From the IMG/VR virus record IMGVR_UViG_3300043399_000297, positions 180,023 through 244,022 of that record: a stretch of 64,000 nt of DNA; one strand, given 5' to 3'. The notes under the pieces are model-generated. The model had not been told where the DNA came from and ran no database searches. It saw nothing but the letters and a program-made list of their open reading frames with translations. The translations under genes were made by a program, and so were the position numbers. This document shows positions 19,807-28,313 of this stretch, in pieces. Position 1 is the stretch's first letter. Every line of letters starts with the position of its first letter.

Positions 19807-22084
19807 AGAGTTCCTACTAGAAAATACTGTTGATGAAGCTAAGATGAATCCATCTAGCTTTGCCAACGCCATTAAAGAAGGCGGGGATAAAGGTGTATTG
19901 GTTGGCTTTGAGTTTGAAGTATGCATACCTAAAAAAACATTAAATATGGTACCTAAAGAAGAAAAAAAATATGATGAAATTATAGCTGAGGCATTCAAAT
20001 CAGAAATTAGCTTATATGATTGGTACTACACATCTAATGGCCCATATTATAGTATATCAATCACGCCTAGAAAATTTGATATATTATTCAAAGTTAAGCC
20101 TGGTATGGGTAAGTTTAACACTTTTAGTGATTTGTTAAGATCAATGTCTAAAGACGAAAAAGAAGAAAATGAAACATATGGCGATTTAATGAAGTTAATG
20201 TTTGATAAACATCCTGAGGCGATTGAAGAAAAGTTTTTTAAGTATTTTGACGTAGAAGATCCAAAGAAAGTATATAAATTCTTAGCAGGAACAGAACAGT
20301 TTAATCTTGATAATCAAGATGAATATGATTACTGGGATAATCATAATCCAAATTATGATAAAGCTGCTACTGTCTTAAAGCCTGCGGTTGAGCAAGCGAT
20401 GAACGCTGAAGTAGAGGTATTTCACGAATACCACGAATCTAGCAAAAACACTACAAGTTGGTACATTGAACCAGATGGCAGCTTAGAACCAAATAGTGGT
20501 GATGCCGCAGCAGAAATCGTAAGCCCGCCACTTCCAGCTGATCAAGCAATGAATGCGTTAAAAAGCTTTTATGCAATGGCTAAGCAACTTAAACTATATA
20601 CGAGCGCAGATAACAGCACAGGTTTGCATATCAATGTAAGTATTCCAGGAACATTAGATGTATTGAAACTTGCTGTGTTCTTAGGGGAACAATATGTATT
20701 AAAATATTTTGGTCGCGAAGATAATGAATATGTAAAAAGCGTAATACAAACTTTGCAAGGTTATACTCCATCACAAGTCTATAAACAAACAGCTAATCGC
20801 AGTAAAAAGAACAAAAAAGTTCAACATCAAATTAATTACAAAGCATTGCAAAAAATAATCAATAAGGAAACTGGTGATCACTTTGCAAGTATTAGCAGTA
20901 ATGGCAAATATATTAGCTTTAGGCACGCCGGCGGAAATTACTTAAGTGACTATAGTAGTATAGTCAACATTGTAGGTAGATTTGTTCAAGCAATGATTAT
21001 TGCAAGCGATCCTGAAATGTATAAGCAAGAATACTTAAAGAAGCTTGTTAAATTATTTGGTGCTCCTGTTACACAACCAACTGGCATTAAAGCTGTTAGA
21101 ACAACTATTGATCAAATAAAGCAAAATGGTATCCCTGTTATACAAATAGCTATGATGTATCCGAAGAAACGCACTGCAACAAATTGGGACAATCTAGAAC
21201 AAAACATAATTTATGGTCATACTCGTTCATATAAGGTAAATCAATATTTTAATGTGGGCGGCGAAGAAATACAGAAAAATAGCCAGCAAGCTAAAAATAT
21301 GATCTTGGAAAAACTCAGAGGTAATGCAAGGCAGGAAGTGTCTAAGTTAGGAGTAGAAAACTTTGCTCTTTCTATCATATATCCTAACTTAGACACATTG
21401 CCACAATTATATCAATTTTTTAAAGAAGGTGGTGAATTAATTTATACTACTTTCGGATCAACAATCACCGGTGACAAATACCCGGCAGCATTAAGTGAAG
21501 ATAGTCTACCCTACAATGATCCTATAGTGCAGCAATATGTCAGGAAATTGATTGCTCAAAGTAAATCTACTGTGGACGAAACAGTAAGCACTGGACAAGG
21601 TGGCGGAAGTGCTGGAAATAATGGTGGTCAAATGGTAGGTGGACCCACTACATATGAACAAGAATATAACAAGTTTAAAAGGAAGGGTCCTCGTCGTATC
21701 ATTGCGATGACTTATGAAGATCAAGGTGCTGAAACTATCACGTTGACTGACTTATATAAACAAGAGAAACCAGACGACAATGAGCAAATCTGGGACTACG
21801 GTACTATGATATGGGATACTCCATTTGAAATTAAAAAGATCACACCTAGAGAACTAGACTTTAATTTAGCGCATCAATATGATGTAGAAGGTATTGAAGA
21901 CTTGTTTGATAGGATGGAACCAGAACAACACGACATTGTTAATGCATACATCAAAGATCCTAATCTTTCAAATTATATTATCGTATTAGATAATGGGCAC
22001 ATTGTAGATGGTAATCATAGAGCTATTGCAGCGGTATTAACTAAAAAACCATTAAGATATATAGATATCGGGGAGGAAGGATAA
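19796..22084 (+). CDS. Putative amidoligase (amidoligase_2-like) fused to a C-terminal ParB/Srx-like domain
   Basis: GFEFEV, EPDGSL, EIVSPP, STGLHINVS, FRHAGG; C-terminal IVDGNHR. Confidence 0.7.
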   Translation: MRAKEFLLENTVDEAKMNPSSFANAIKEGGDKGVLVGFEFEVCIPKKTLNMVPKEEKKYDEIIAEAFKSEISLYDWYYTSNGPYYSISITPRKFDILFKVKPGMGKFNTFSDLLRSMSKDEKEENETYGDLMKLMFDKHPEAIEEKFFKYFDVEDPKKVYKFLAGTEQFNLDNQDEYDYWDNHNPNYDKAATVLKPAVEQAMNAEVEVFHEYHESSKNTTSWYIEPDGSLEPNSGDAAAEIVSPPLPADQAMNALKSFYAMAKQLKLYTSADNSTGLHINVSIPGTLDVLKLAVFLGEQYVLKYFGREDNEYVKSVIQTLQGYTPSQVYKQTANRSKKNKKVQHQINYKALQKIINKETGDHFASISSNGKYISFRHAGGNYLSDYSSIVNIVGRFVQAMIIASDPEMYKQEYLKKLVKLFGAPVTQPTGIKAVRTTIDQIKQNGIPVIQIAMMYPKKRTATNWDNLEQNIIYGHTRSYKVNQYFNVGGEEIQKNSQQAKNMILEKLRGNARQEVSKLGVENFALSIIYPNLDTLPQLYQFFKEGGELIYTTFGSTITGDKYPAALSEDSLPYNDPIVQQYVRKLIAQSKSTVDETVSTGQGGGSAGNNGGQMVGGPTTYEQEYNKFKRKGPRRIIAMTYEDQGAETITLTDLYKQEKPDDNEQIWDYGTMIWDTPFEIKKITPRELDFNLAHQYDVEGIEDLFDRMEPEQHDIVNAYIKDPNLSNYIIVLDNGHIVDGNHRAIAAVLTKKPLRYIDIGEEG

Positions 22085-22203
22085 TGAGAACTTACACCTT
22101 TAACGCACTATGCAAAAGCGGGGAATGGAAAACTACTACATTTGAAGCCGCTAGTTATAAAGAAGCAAGACAAATATTGCAAGACTTTATTGAGAACAAC
22201 TAA
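22084..22203 (+). CDS. 39-aa protein not in the ORF track
   Basis: MRTYTFNALCKSGEWKTTTFEAASYKEARQILQDFIENN*, TAATG overlaps at both ends. Confidence 0.65.
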   Translation: MRTYTFNALCKSGEWKTTTFEAASYKEARQILQDFIENN

Positions 22204-22418
22204 TGAAAGAGGGATTGATAAAAGATATATTAATGGCGATATTTCCTTTATTATTGACAGGAGTAGGTTACCTATTAATGACTGTCATTGACCTGCAGGA
22301 ACAAATACAATTAATACAAGATAATAACCAAATTGCAAGAGACCAACTCAAAGATGATATTGAAGATGAGATTCACGACTTGGACAAAAGAGTTGCTGTT
22401 CTTGAATCAAAACAATAA
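22203..22418 (+). CDS. Small TM + coiled-coil protein
   Basis: N-terminal hydrophobic helix, heptad C-terminus. Confidence 0.65.
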   Translation: MKEGLIKDILMAIFPLLLTGVGYLLMTVIDLQEQIQLIQDNNQIARDQLKDDIEDEIHDLDKRVAVLESKQ

Positions 22419-22439
22419 ATAGTCTATAGGACTTATATT

Positions 22440-22883
22440 ATGTTAGCAGATACACTTAAAACACTATTGGCAACAGCCTATGCCCTATCTATCAAGGCAC
22501 AGAATTTTCACTGGAACGTAGAGGGTCCAGACTTCCCCCAATATCACGAATTCTTTAGTAACTATTACTCAGAAGTATATGACAACACCATTGACAAGAT
22601 AGCTGAAATCATTCGCCAGCTTGATAGTTATACACCTGGCAGTATAACTCGTTATGCTGAACTAAGTCAAATTGAAGACCAAACGAAGATTCCACGAGCC
22701 GAATTAATGATGCAGGAATTATACTATGATAATGATATCATACTCGGGATGTATAAGCAAGCCTTCCACGTAGCAAATGATGCCGACGAACAGGGTATTG
22801 CTAACTTCATTGCAGAACGCATTGACGCCCACAGTAAACACAAGTGGATGTTAAGAAGCATTTTAAAAACAGCGAGGGCCTAA
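22440..22883 (+). CDS. dps: Dps / ferritin-like DNA protection protein
   Basis: HWNVEGPDFPQYHEFF, DKIAE, KHKWML. Confidence 0.9.
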   Translation: MLADTLKTLLATAYALSIKAQNFHWNVEGPDFPQYHEFFSNYYSEVYDNTIDKIAEIIRQLDSYTPGSITRYAELSQIEDQTKIPRAELMMQELYYDNDIILGMYKQAFHVANDADEQGIANFIAERIDAHSKHKWMLRSILKTARA

Positions 22884-22886
22884 CAC

Positions 22887-25562
22887 TTGCGCGCTAAAGA
22901 TTTCTTAATAGTTGAATCATACGAAGACTTATTTGAAGTCAAGATGAGTCCTAGCAACCTCAAAAAATTAGCTAGTGACATTGATGCTAAAGTTGGTATT
23001 GAGTTTGAGATGATCGTGCCTAATGTTGGCACAGTAGATGATGATGCCGATCCAGAAGAAGATATGAGTATGGATGAAGATGCTTATGACATTGACGATA
23101 TCATAAGGTTTTTTGACGATGGCGAATATAATTACGGTAGTGCTATAAATGATTTGCGCAATGAACTTCAAGAAAAGTTCTACGAATATCAAAGCGAACA
23201 AATTGACGATTTATGGAGTCAAGAAAGTGGAGAATATTTTACCAAGTGGTGTCGTGAAAATGTAAGCGATGACGAAGTTGCTGATTATGTAGGAACAGAA
23301 GAAGATTTATTAGGCGACCGAGTTCCTTCAAAGGAAGACTGGGAAAAATTCATTGAGGATGAATGGGAAGAACAAGGTTATAACTACAGTAAAGCATATG
23401 AAGAATTTCGTGATGAAAAACAAGAAGAAGGCGACTTTGATGAAAGACAATTTTTAAATAGTATCGGCATTTATAATATGTCGGATGTTCCCGGTGCCAC
23501 TAGTGGATATATTATGTGGCCATACTATACCGGCGGCGATAGTGAAATGAATCTTGAACAGGTAGCTAGCGAATTTTCACGAGCAGTAGGAATGCATGCC
23601 AATTATAGCACAAGTTATCACGGCGGTAATAGAGAAGATGATGCATACGATATTGAACCTGACTCAAGTTTACACGGTGAAGGTGGTGATACCGGTTTAG
23701 AGTTTATTAGTCCTCCGTTGTCATTAGACCAAGCAGTTGAACAAGTTAAGTTAGTTAAGAAATGGGCCGACGGAAGAGGTGCCTATACTAATCGCTCTAC
23801 CGGATTACATATGAATGTTAGTGTTCCTGATTTTGATCAAGACAAATTAGACTTTGTTAAGCTTACATTGTTATTAGGTGACAAATATCTATTAGATAGA
23901 TTTGGTCGCAGTGCAAATACATATTGTAAAAGTGCGATGGATGTTATTGCAGATGCTAGTCCGCAAGATAAAGAACTTTTATTTAAAAAATTAAAAAATA
24001 ATTTAGAAGAAATGGCAAGTAAAGTTATTCACTCGGGAAGAGTAGGTAAGTTCACTAGTATCAATCCAAAAGATAATCGTGTTGAATTCAGAGGCCCGGG
24101 CGGAGATTGGCTTGGTGATAATTTTGATAAGGTAGAAGATACACTATATCGCTGTGTTGTAGCACTTGATGCAGCAGTTGATCCTGACAAATATCGTAAG
24201 GAATACCTAAAGAAATTAACTAAGATGTTTGCTCCTACTAAAGGATCAATTGAGGATATATTTGTTCAGTATGCTGCCGGCACTATCACTAGAAGTGAAC
24301 TTAAGAATAAACTTAAGACTGCACAAGCAGAAAGAAAACAATCAAAATATACTGCACAGGGTATCATTGAAGTTCCAATCTATCAGGCAAGAGACGGTGA
24401 CTGGATTGTTGAATATGATAACCCAACCGGCGATAATCGCAGAATCATTCTCAAGCGAACAGAGCAAGTCAGTAATGATGATAAAGCATTACAAGCCGCA
24501 GTTAAGCTAGAGCCTAGCTGGTTCAAGCCAGACGATATAGAAAACATCTTAGTAACTGAGTTTACCGGCAATCACTACTATATTGTTCACGGTGACGACC
24601 CGGATAAGAGAGTTGAAATCTACGCCTTCAGCCCAATGCAAGCAGTTGAAATCGCGGTTGATATGTATCCTAATATGGTTAATCAAGGCGAACTTACTGC
24701 TAGATTGAAGGATGAGTTTGAGGAACCACAGCAATCATCTCCTAGAATGGCACCAGGTGAGCAATTATATATTGTTCGCAACAATGACACAGGACATGAG
24801 GTTAGATTAGCTGCTGGCAGTGAACAAAATGCTAGAGGGCGTGCAATTAGAAACGATCCACATAATTTTACTAGTGGCGCTGATATCACTGTTACTCCTG
24901 TAAGCTTGCAAACTGGCGCAGAACCTTCTAGTGACCTGGGTCAGGAATATCAGTTATACCGTGTGACTGGACAAACTCAACCTTACGTAACAGCTAGTGA
25001 ATATATTGCAGCTAGATCGGTTTCAGAAGCTAATCGCATTGCAATGACATTGTATCCTAACTTGTATAGAGTTCAAGAACCTGATATTGTATTGCAGGAT
25101 TCTGACAGAAGCACAGTCTCTATGTATCAAGCTAGACAAGCACAACAGATAGAACGAATGAATGAACCAAGTCAATCTTCTGATTGGAGAGATAGGTTGC
25201 GCGGTCATTTAGGTCAGGCTCAGCCAGCATTTGGCGGTAGTGACGAAGATAATACATTCGGAAGCTGGGTAGTATCTAATAGTAGAACTGGCGAAACTAT
25301 AAATGTTATGGCTAATAATGAGCAACACGCAAGAGATAGAGCCGAATCACATAGACCTATGTGGAGCCAGCAAGATTTAGAAGTTAGGCGACAACATCAG
25401 CCTTCTAGCAGCAGTGGTATGAATGTATATACCATCACCACTACGAGTGGCAGGCAGATTAATCTTTTAGGTTATGATCGTGATCACGCTGCTACCAGGG
25501 CCATAGAAATGGAGCCCGGACTATCTGGAAACATCGTGGATGTGAATTTGGCAACAGATTGA
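22887..25562 (+). CDS. Putative amidoligase with C-terminal tandem domain repeats
   Basis: GIEFEM, EPDSSL, EFISPP, STGLHMNVS, VEFRGPGG; paralog of 19796; about six ~45-aa repeats after 24400. Confidence 0.7.
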   Translation: MRAKDFLIVESYEDLFEVKMSPSNLKKLASDIDAKVGIEFEMIVPNVGTVDDDADPEEDMSMDEDAYDIDDIIRFFDDGEYNYGSAINDLRNELQEKFYEYQSEQIDDLWSQESGEYFTKWCRENVSDDEVADYVGTEEDLLGDRVPSKEDWEKFIEDEWEEQGYNYSKAYEEFRDEKQEEGDFDERQFLNSIGIYNMSDVPGATSGYIMWPYYTGGDSEMNLEQVASEFSRAVGMHANYSTSYHGGNREDDAYDIEPDSSLHGEGGDTGLEFISPPLSLDQAVEQVKLVKKWADGRGAYTNRSTGLHMNVSVPDFDQDKLDFVKLTLLLGDKYLLDRFGRSANTYCKSAMDVIADASPQDKELLFKKLKNNLEEMASKVIHSGRVGKFTSINPKDNRVEFRGPGGDWLGDNFDKVEDTLYRCVVALDAAVDPDKYRKEYLKKLTKMFAPTKGSIEDIFVQYAAGTITRSELKNKLKTAQAERKQSKYTAQGIIEVPIYQARDGDWIVEYDNPTGDNRRIILKRTEQVSNDDKALQAAVKLEPSWFKPDDIENILVTEFTGNHYYIVHGDDPDKRVEIYAFSPMQAVEIAVDMYPNMVNQGELTARLKDEFEEPQQSSPRMAPGEQLYIVRNNDTGHEVRLAAGSEQNARGRAIRNDPHNFTSGADITVTPVSLQTGAEPSSDLGQEYQLYRVTGQTQPYVTASEYIAARSVSEANRIAMTLYPNLYRVQEPDIVLQDSDRSTVSMYQARQAQQIERMNEPSQSSDWRDRLRGHLGQAQPAFGGSDEDNTFGSWVVSNSRTGETINVMANNEQHARDRAESHRPMWSQQDLEVRRQHQPSSSSGMNVYTITTTSGRQINLLGYDRDHAATRAIEMEPGLSGNIVDVNLATD

Positions 25563-25637
25563 TAAAATAGGTTGACAATGCTAGCTAACTATGCTAAAAC
25601 AGTGATTCACTGATAAATACACAAAAGGTGATATAAT

Positions 25638-25952
25638 ATGAAAATTAATGAAATCTTGTTTGAATCGTTTGAAGATGACAACATTGAAGATCCGGATACT
25701 GAAAAGGTTCCCAACCTTGTCGTTCAGATTCGCAAGAGTATGGATACTGGCGGCAATCGCCCTATCGCCTTTCGTGATGGTTCCAGAGTTGAGCTTCCTG
25801 TAAATGCAATGATTGCATTCTTGAATCGCTATGAAACGCTCAAGCCCATGGACCGTGAAGAAATGCAGAACCTTGCTATTCAGAGTAAGGAAGCATTCAT
25901 TGATACCGTGAAGAATTATAACAAGCCACGTGCTCCGAAAAGCATTTATTGA
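25638..25952 (+). CDS. Hypothetical protein with putative capsid-targeting N-terminus
   Basis: MKINEILFES; GATAAATA upstream. Confidence 0.7.
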   Translation: MKINEILFESFEDDNIEDPDTEKVPNLVVQIRKSMDTGGNRPIAFRDGSRVELPVNAMIAFLNRYETLKPMDREEMQNLAIQSKEAFIDTVKNYNKPRAPKSIY

Positions 25953-25967
25953 GTTTACCCAATAAAT

Positions 25968-25996
25968 TTGACATACACCTACACACCTGTTAAATA
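25968..25996 (+). promoter_or_regulatory. Sigma70-type promoter for the porin gene
   Basis: TTGACA-N17-TAAATA followed by a GCAA-tetraloop hairpin in the 5' UTR. Confidence 0.55.
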
Positions 25997-26051
25997 TATA
26001 ACTGACTATGCAAATAGTCGGACTTTAACTATGAAAAAGGAAAGTTAATTT

Positions 26052-26618
26052 ATGAAGAAGCTAATTGCAATCGCAGCACTCGCCTCGGCAGTCGTTGCAA
26101 CTCCTGCTCTTGCAGCAGGAACACTCACTGGCGAAGTTCGTCTTGGCGATGTTCGCGGTGGCGCACACACTGACTCTACCGAACTTAAGGTTGAATACTG
26201 GGGTAATGTATACGGCAATGTAGTTGCTGGTGCAGAGCTACAGGCTAAGCAGGCGCAGAATGCTGGTGCAGTTGATGCTAAGTTTTCTGGTAAGATTGGA
26301 TACAATCTCCCAGAAGTAGCTGGTATTAAGACCACTGCTTATGCCGAGCTTGGTGAATCTTTCAAGCAGGGCAATACCAGTGAATTCTGGGGTCTTGGAA
26401 TCAAGGGTTCGCGTCAGGTATATGGTCCGGTTTCAGTAACTGCTGGTTATCGCCATCGTCAGGGATTTGAATATCTCGACAATATTAACGAGGAGCGAGT
26501 TCACGCTGGTCTCACCTACGCAATCAGTGATAGAACTGGGGTAGGCGCTACTTATTATCGCACTCGCGGAACTACCGATAGCGATACTGTTGGTATTTCC
26601 ATCAGCCAGAAGTTTTAA
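26052..26618 (+). CDS. Outer-membrane beta-barrel (porin-like) protein
   Basis: Sec signal MKKLIAIAALASAVVATPALA; alternating beta strands; C-terminal Phe (ISISQKF). Confidence 0.75.
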   Translation: MKKLIAIAALASAVVATPALAAGTLTGEVRLGDVRGGAHTDSTELKVEYWGNVYGNVVAGAELQAKQAQNAGAVDAKFSGKIGYNLPEVAGIKTTAYAELGESFKQGNTSEFWGLGIKGSRQVYGPVSVTAGYRHRQGFEYLDNINEERVHAGLTYAISDRTGVGATYYRTRGTTDSDTVGISISQKF

Positions 26619-26631
26619 TTAATTTATAAAA

Positions 26632-26663
26632 GAAATGGCGGCGAAGTAATTCGTCGCCATTTC
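26632..26663 (+). terminator. Intrinsic terminator
   Basis: GAAATGGCGGCGAA-GTAA-TTCGTCGCCATTTC. Confidence 0.7.
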
Positions 26664-26685
26664 CATATCCAATGATAAATATAAT

Positions 26686-27270
26686 ATGCTCGGTGATGAA
26701 ATCTTAGTAGAATCTGCTGCCTCGGAATTAGCCAAAAAACTACCTAGTTTGGCTAAGCACGATTATGATACCATTGATAAACTTATGCGTAAAGTTGCAC
26801 AAAAGCATCATATTACTGGTAAGGCATTACACGACTTGTTTGTTAAAAAATACAAAAGAACTCCTGATACCTGGATTAAAAACAAGTTAGATGAAGTAGA
26901 TGTTGACATTGAAAATCTAGACATTCCTGACGAAGTGAATAAGTTTGCTGAATGGGCAATGCGTAGGGTTCATCTTAAGAATCCAATAAAAATTGAACTG
27001 AGTATGGACACAGAAGATGCTCAGCAAAATCATCATACTGGTAGGCACACTGAAGGTTCAGATACTATATGGGTTTATGCAAAGAACCGAAATTTAGTCG
27101 ATATCTTAAGAACAGTATTCCACGAAATTGTTCATTGTCGCCAAAGTGAACTGGGTATGATTCAGCCCGGCGATAGTTATCCCGGCAGTCCCATTGAAGC
27201 GATGGCTGATATGTTAGCTGGCAAGTATATCAAAATCTATGGCGAGAAGAACCATCACATATTTCAGTAA
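26686..27270 (+). CDS. Zincin-like metallopeptidase domain protein
   Basis: LRTVFHEIVHCRQ (HExxH) with downstream PIEAMAD; N-terminus ends ILVE. Confidence 0.65.
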   Translation: MLGDEILVESAASELAKKLPSLAKHDYDTIDKLMRKVAQKHHITGKALHDLFVKKYKRTPDTWIKNKLDEVDVDIENLDIPDEVNKFAEWAMRRVHLKNPIKIELSMDTEDAQQNHHTGRHTEGSDTIWVYAKNRNLVDILRTVFHEIVHCRQSELGMIQPGDSYPGSPIEAMADMLAGKYIKIYGEKNHHIFQ

Positions 27271-27922
27271 CTACTTCTTTCTTTTGTATATTCTTCCCGG
27301 AACATAATCCGGGGGACAGGTATCAGAAACAACAGAGAGGATACCGTTATTATACCACTTCATTCCGGTTGATCCGCGGGTCTTCTCTCTTTTCTTGCCA
27401 AACATAGGGTTTCCGGCCCCCTTCATTTTTTCGCTATGATCTGGACGTTTGGTTCCTCTTTTTAATTCCCGAGCTTTTCGTAGGTTTTCTAATCCTCGCC
27501 CTGTTATTTTCTTTCCTTTTTTTGCAATGCTAATTGCCTTTTTTCTTTCTTCAGTGTGAGGACCTTTAGGTACACCAAGTTGAGCTATACTTCTTGCACG
27601 ATTGGATTCTTCACTTTGTATCATTCCAGATACGCCATCGCCGCCGTCAGTGCGATTCTGTAATATGCCGGTACCTATATCTTTTCGACCGTGCCACTTA
27701 ATGTACCTCCTCTCTAGTGCGAATGCTCCTATTTCAGTCAATCCTGCTTCTAATATAATTACTCTAGAATAGTCAGATGGAGTTTTGAATTGTTCGTGTT
27801 TGTTATGTTTCCACCTTCTACCTTTTCCTTTACCAATATAATAAGGTGTTCCGTTTTTTTCGGATAAACGCATATACATAAAAACCATCAGGCTTGTTGG
27901 AATAGAAATAAATAGTGTTCAT
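27271..27922 (-). pseudogene. GIY-YIG-type homing endonuclease with a frameshift in an A7 run
   Basis: ATG 27922 gives MNTIYFYSNKPDGFYVYAFIRK; the catalytic [10 protein letters not shown] continues in another frame after A7 (plus-strand T7, 27854-27860). Confidence 0.7.
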
Positions 27923-27992
27923 CGCTGATACTCCGTTTCAGTATTAGAGAGAATGGGTATTACCAGTACCGCGATTCTCAACTATATTTATA
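27908..27992. ncRNA. Conserved two-hairpin element copy C between convergent late promoters
   Basis: +ATAAATA 27908-27914; CTGATACT-ccgtttc-AGTATTAG; GAGAAT-G-GGTA-ttaccag-TACC-gCg-ATTCTC; -TATAAATA 27985-27992. Confidence 0.75.
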
Positions 27993-28055
27993 CCAAACCA
28001 GTTGTGTTGCTACACAAAATACTGTAATATAGTTAAACAAATAAGGAGATAAAAT

Positions 28056-28310
28056 TTGTCACGAACATTTAATGCTGAAGCAAAGGTCAAATTGGTTCAA
28101 TTAGTAAACGAAGGTATTTCGGTCCTTGTTGAAGTGGAAACACTCAACGAAGGTCTTAATGATACAATTAAGGCTATTGCAGAAGAATTAGAAATCAAGC
28201 CCTCTATCCTCAAGAAGGCAATTAAGGTCGCACACAAGTCCCGTTTGAACGAAACGAACGAGGAAAATGAGGAACTCAACAACATTCTACTTACGGTGGG
28301 CAAAGCCTAA
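28056..28310 (+). CDS. Small dsDNA-binding protein (T4 DsbA-like)
   Basis: 84 aa helical; IKAIAEELEIKPSILKKAIKVAHK; AAGGAG SD. Confidence 0.5.
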   Translation: MSRTFNAEAKVKLVQLVNEGISVLVEVETLNEGLNDTIKAIAEELEIKPSILKKAIKVAHKSRLNETNEENEELNNILLTVGKA

Positions 28311-28313
28311 TTA

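Noticed and set aside
27271-27888. ATG at 27888 as the true start
   Set aside because: Lacks the YVYA half of the catalytic motif and an SD; the motif is in the frame starting at 27922
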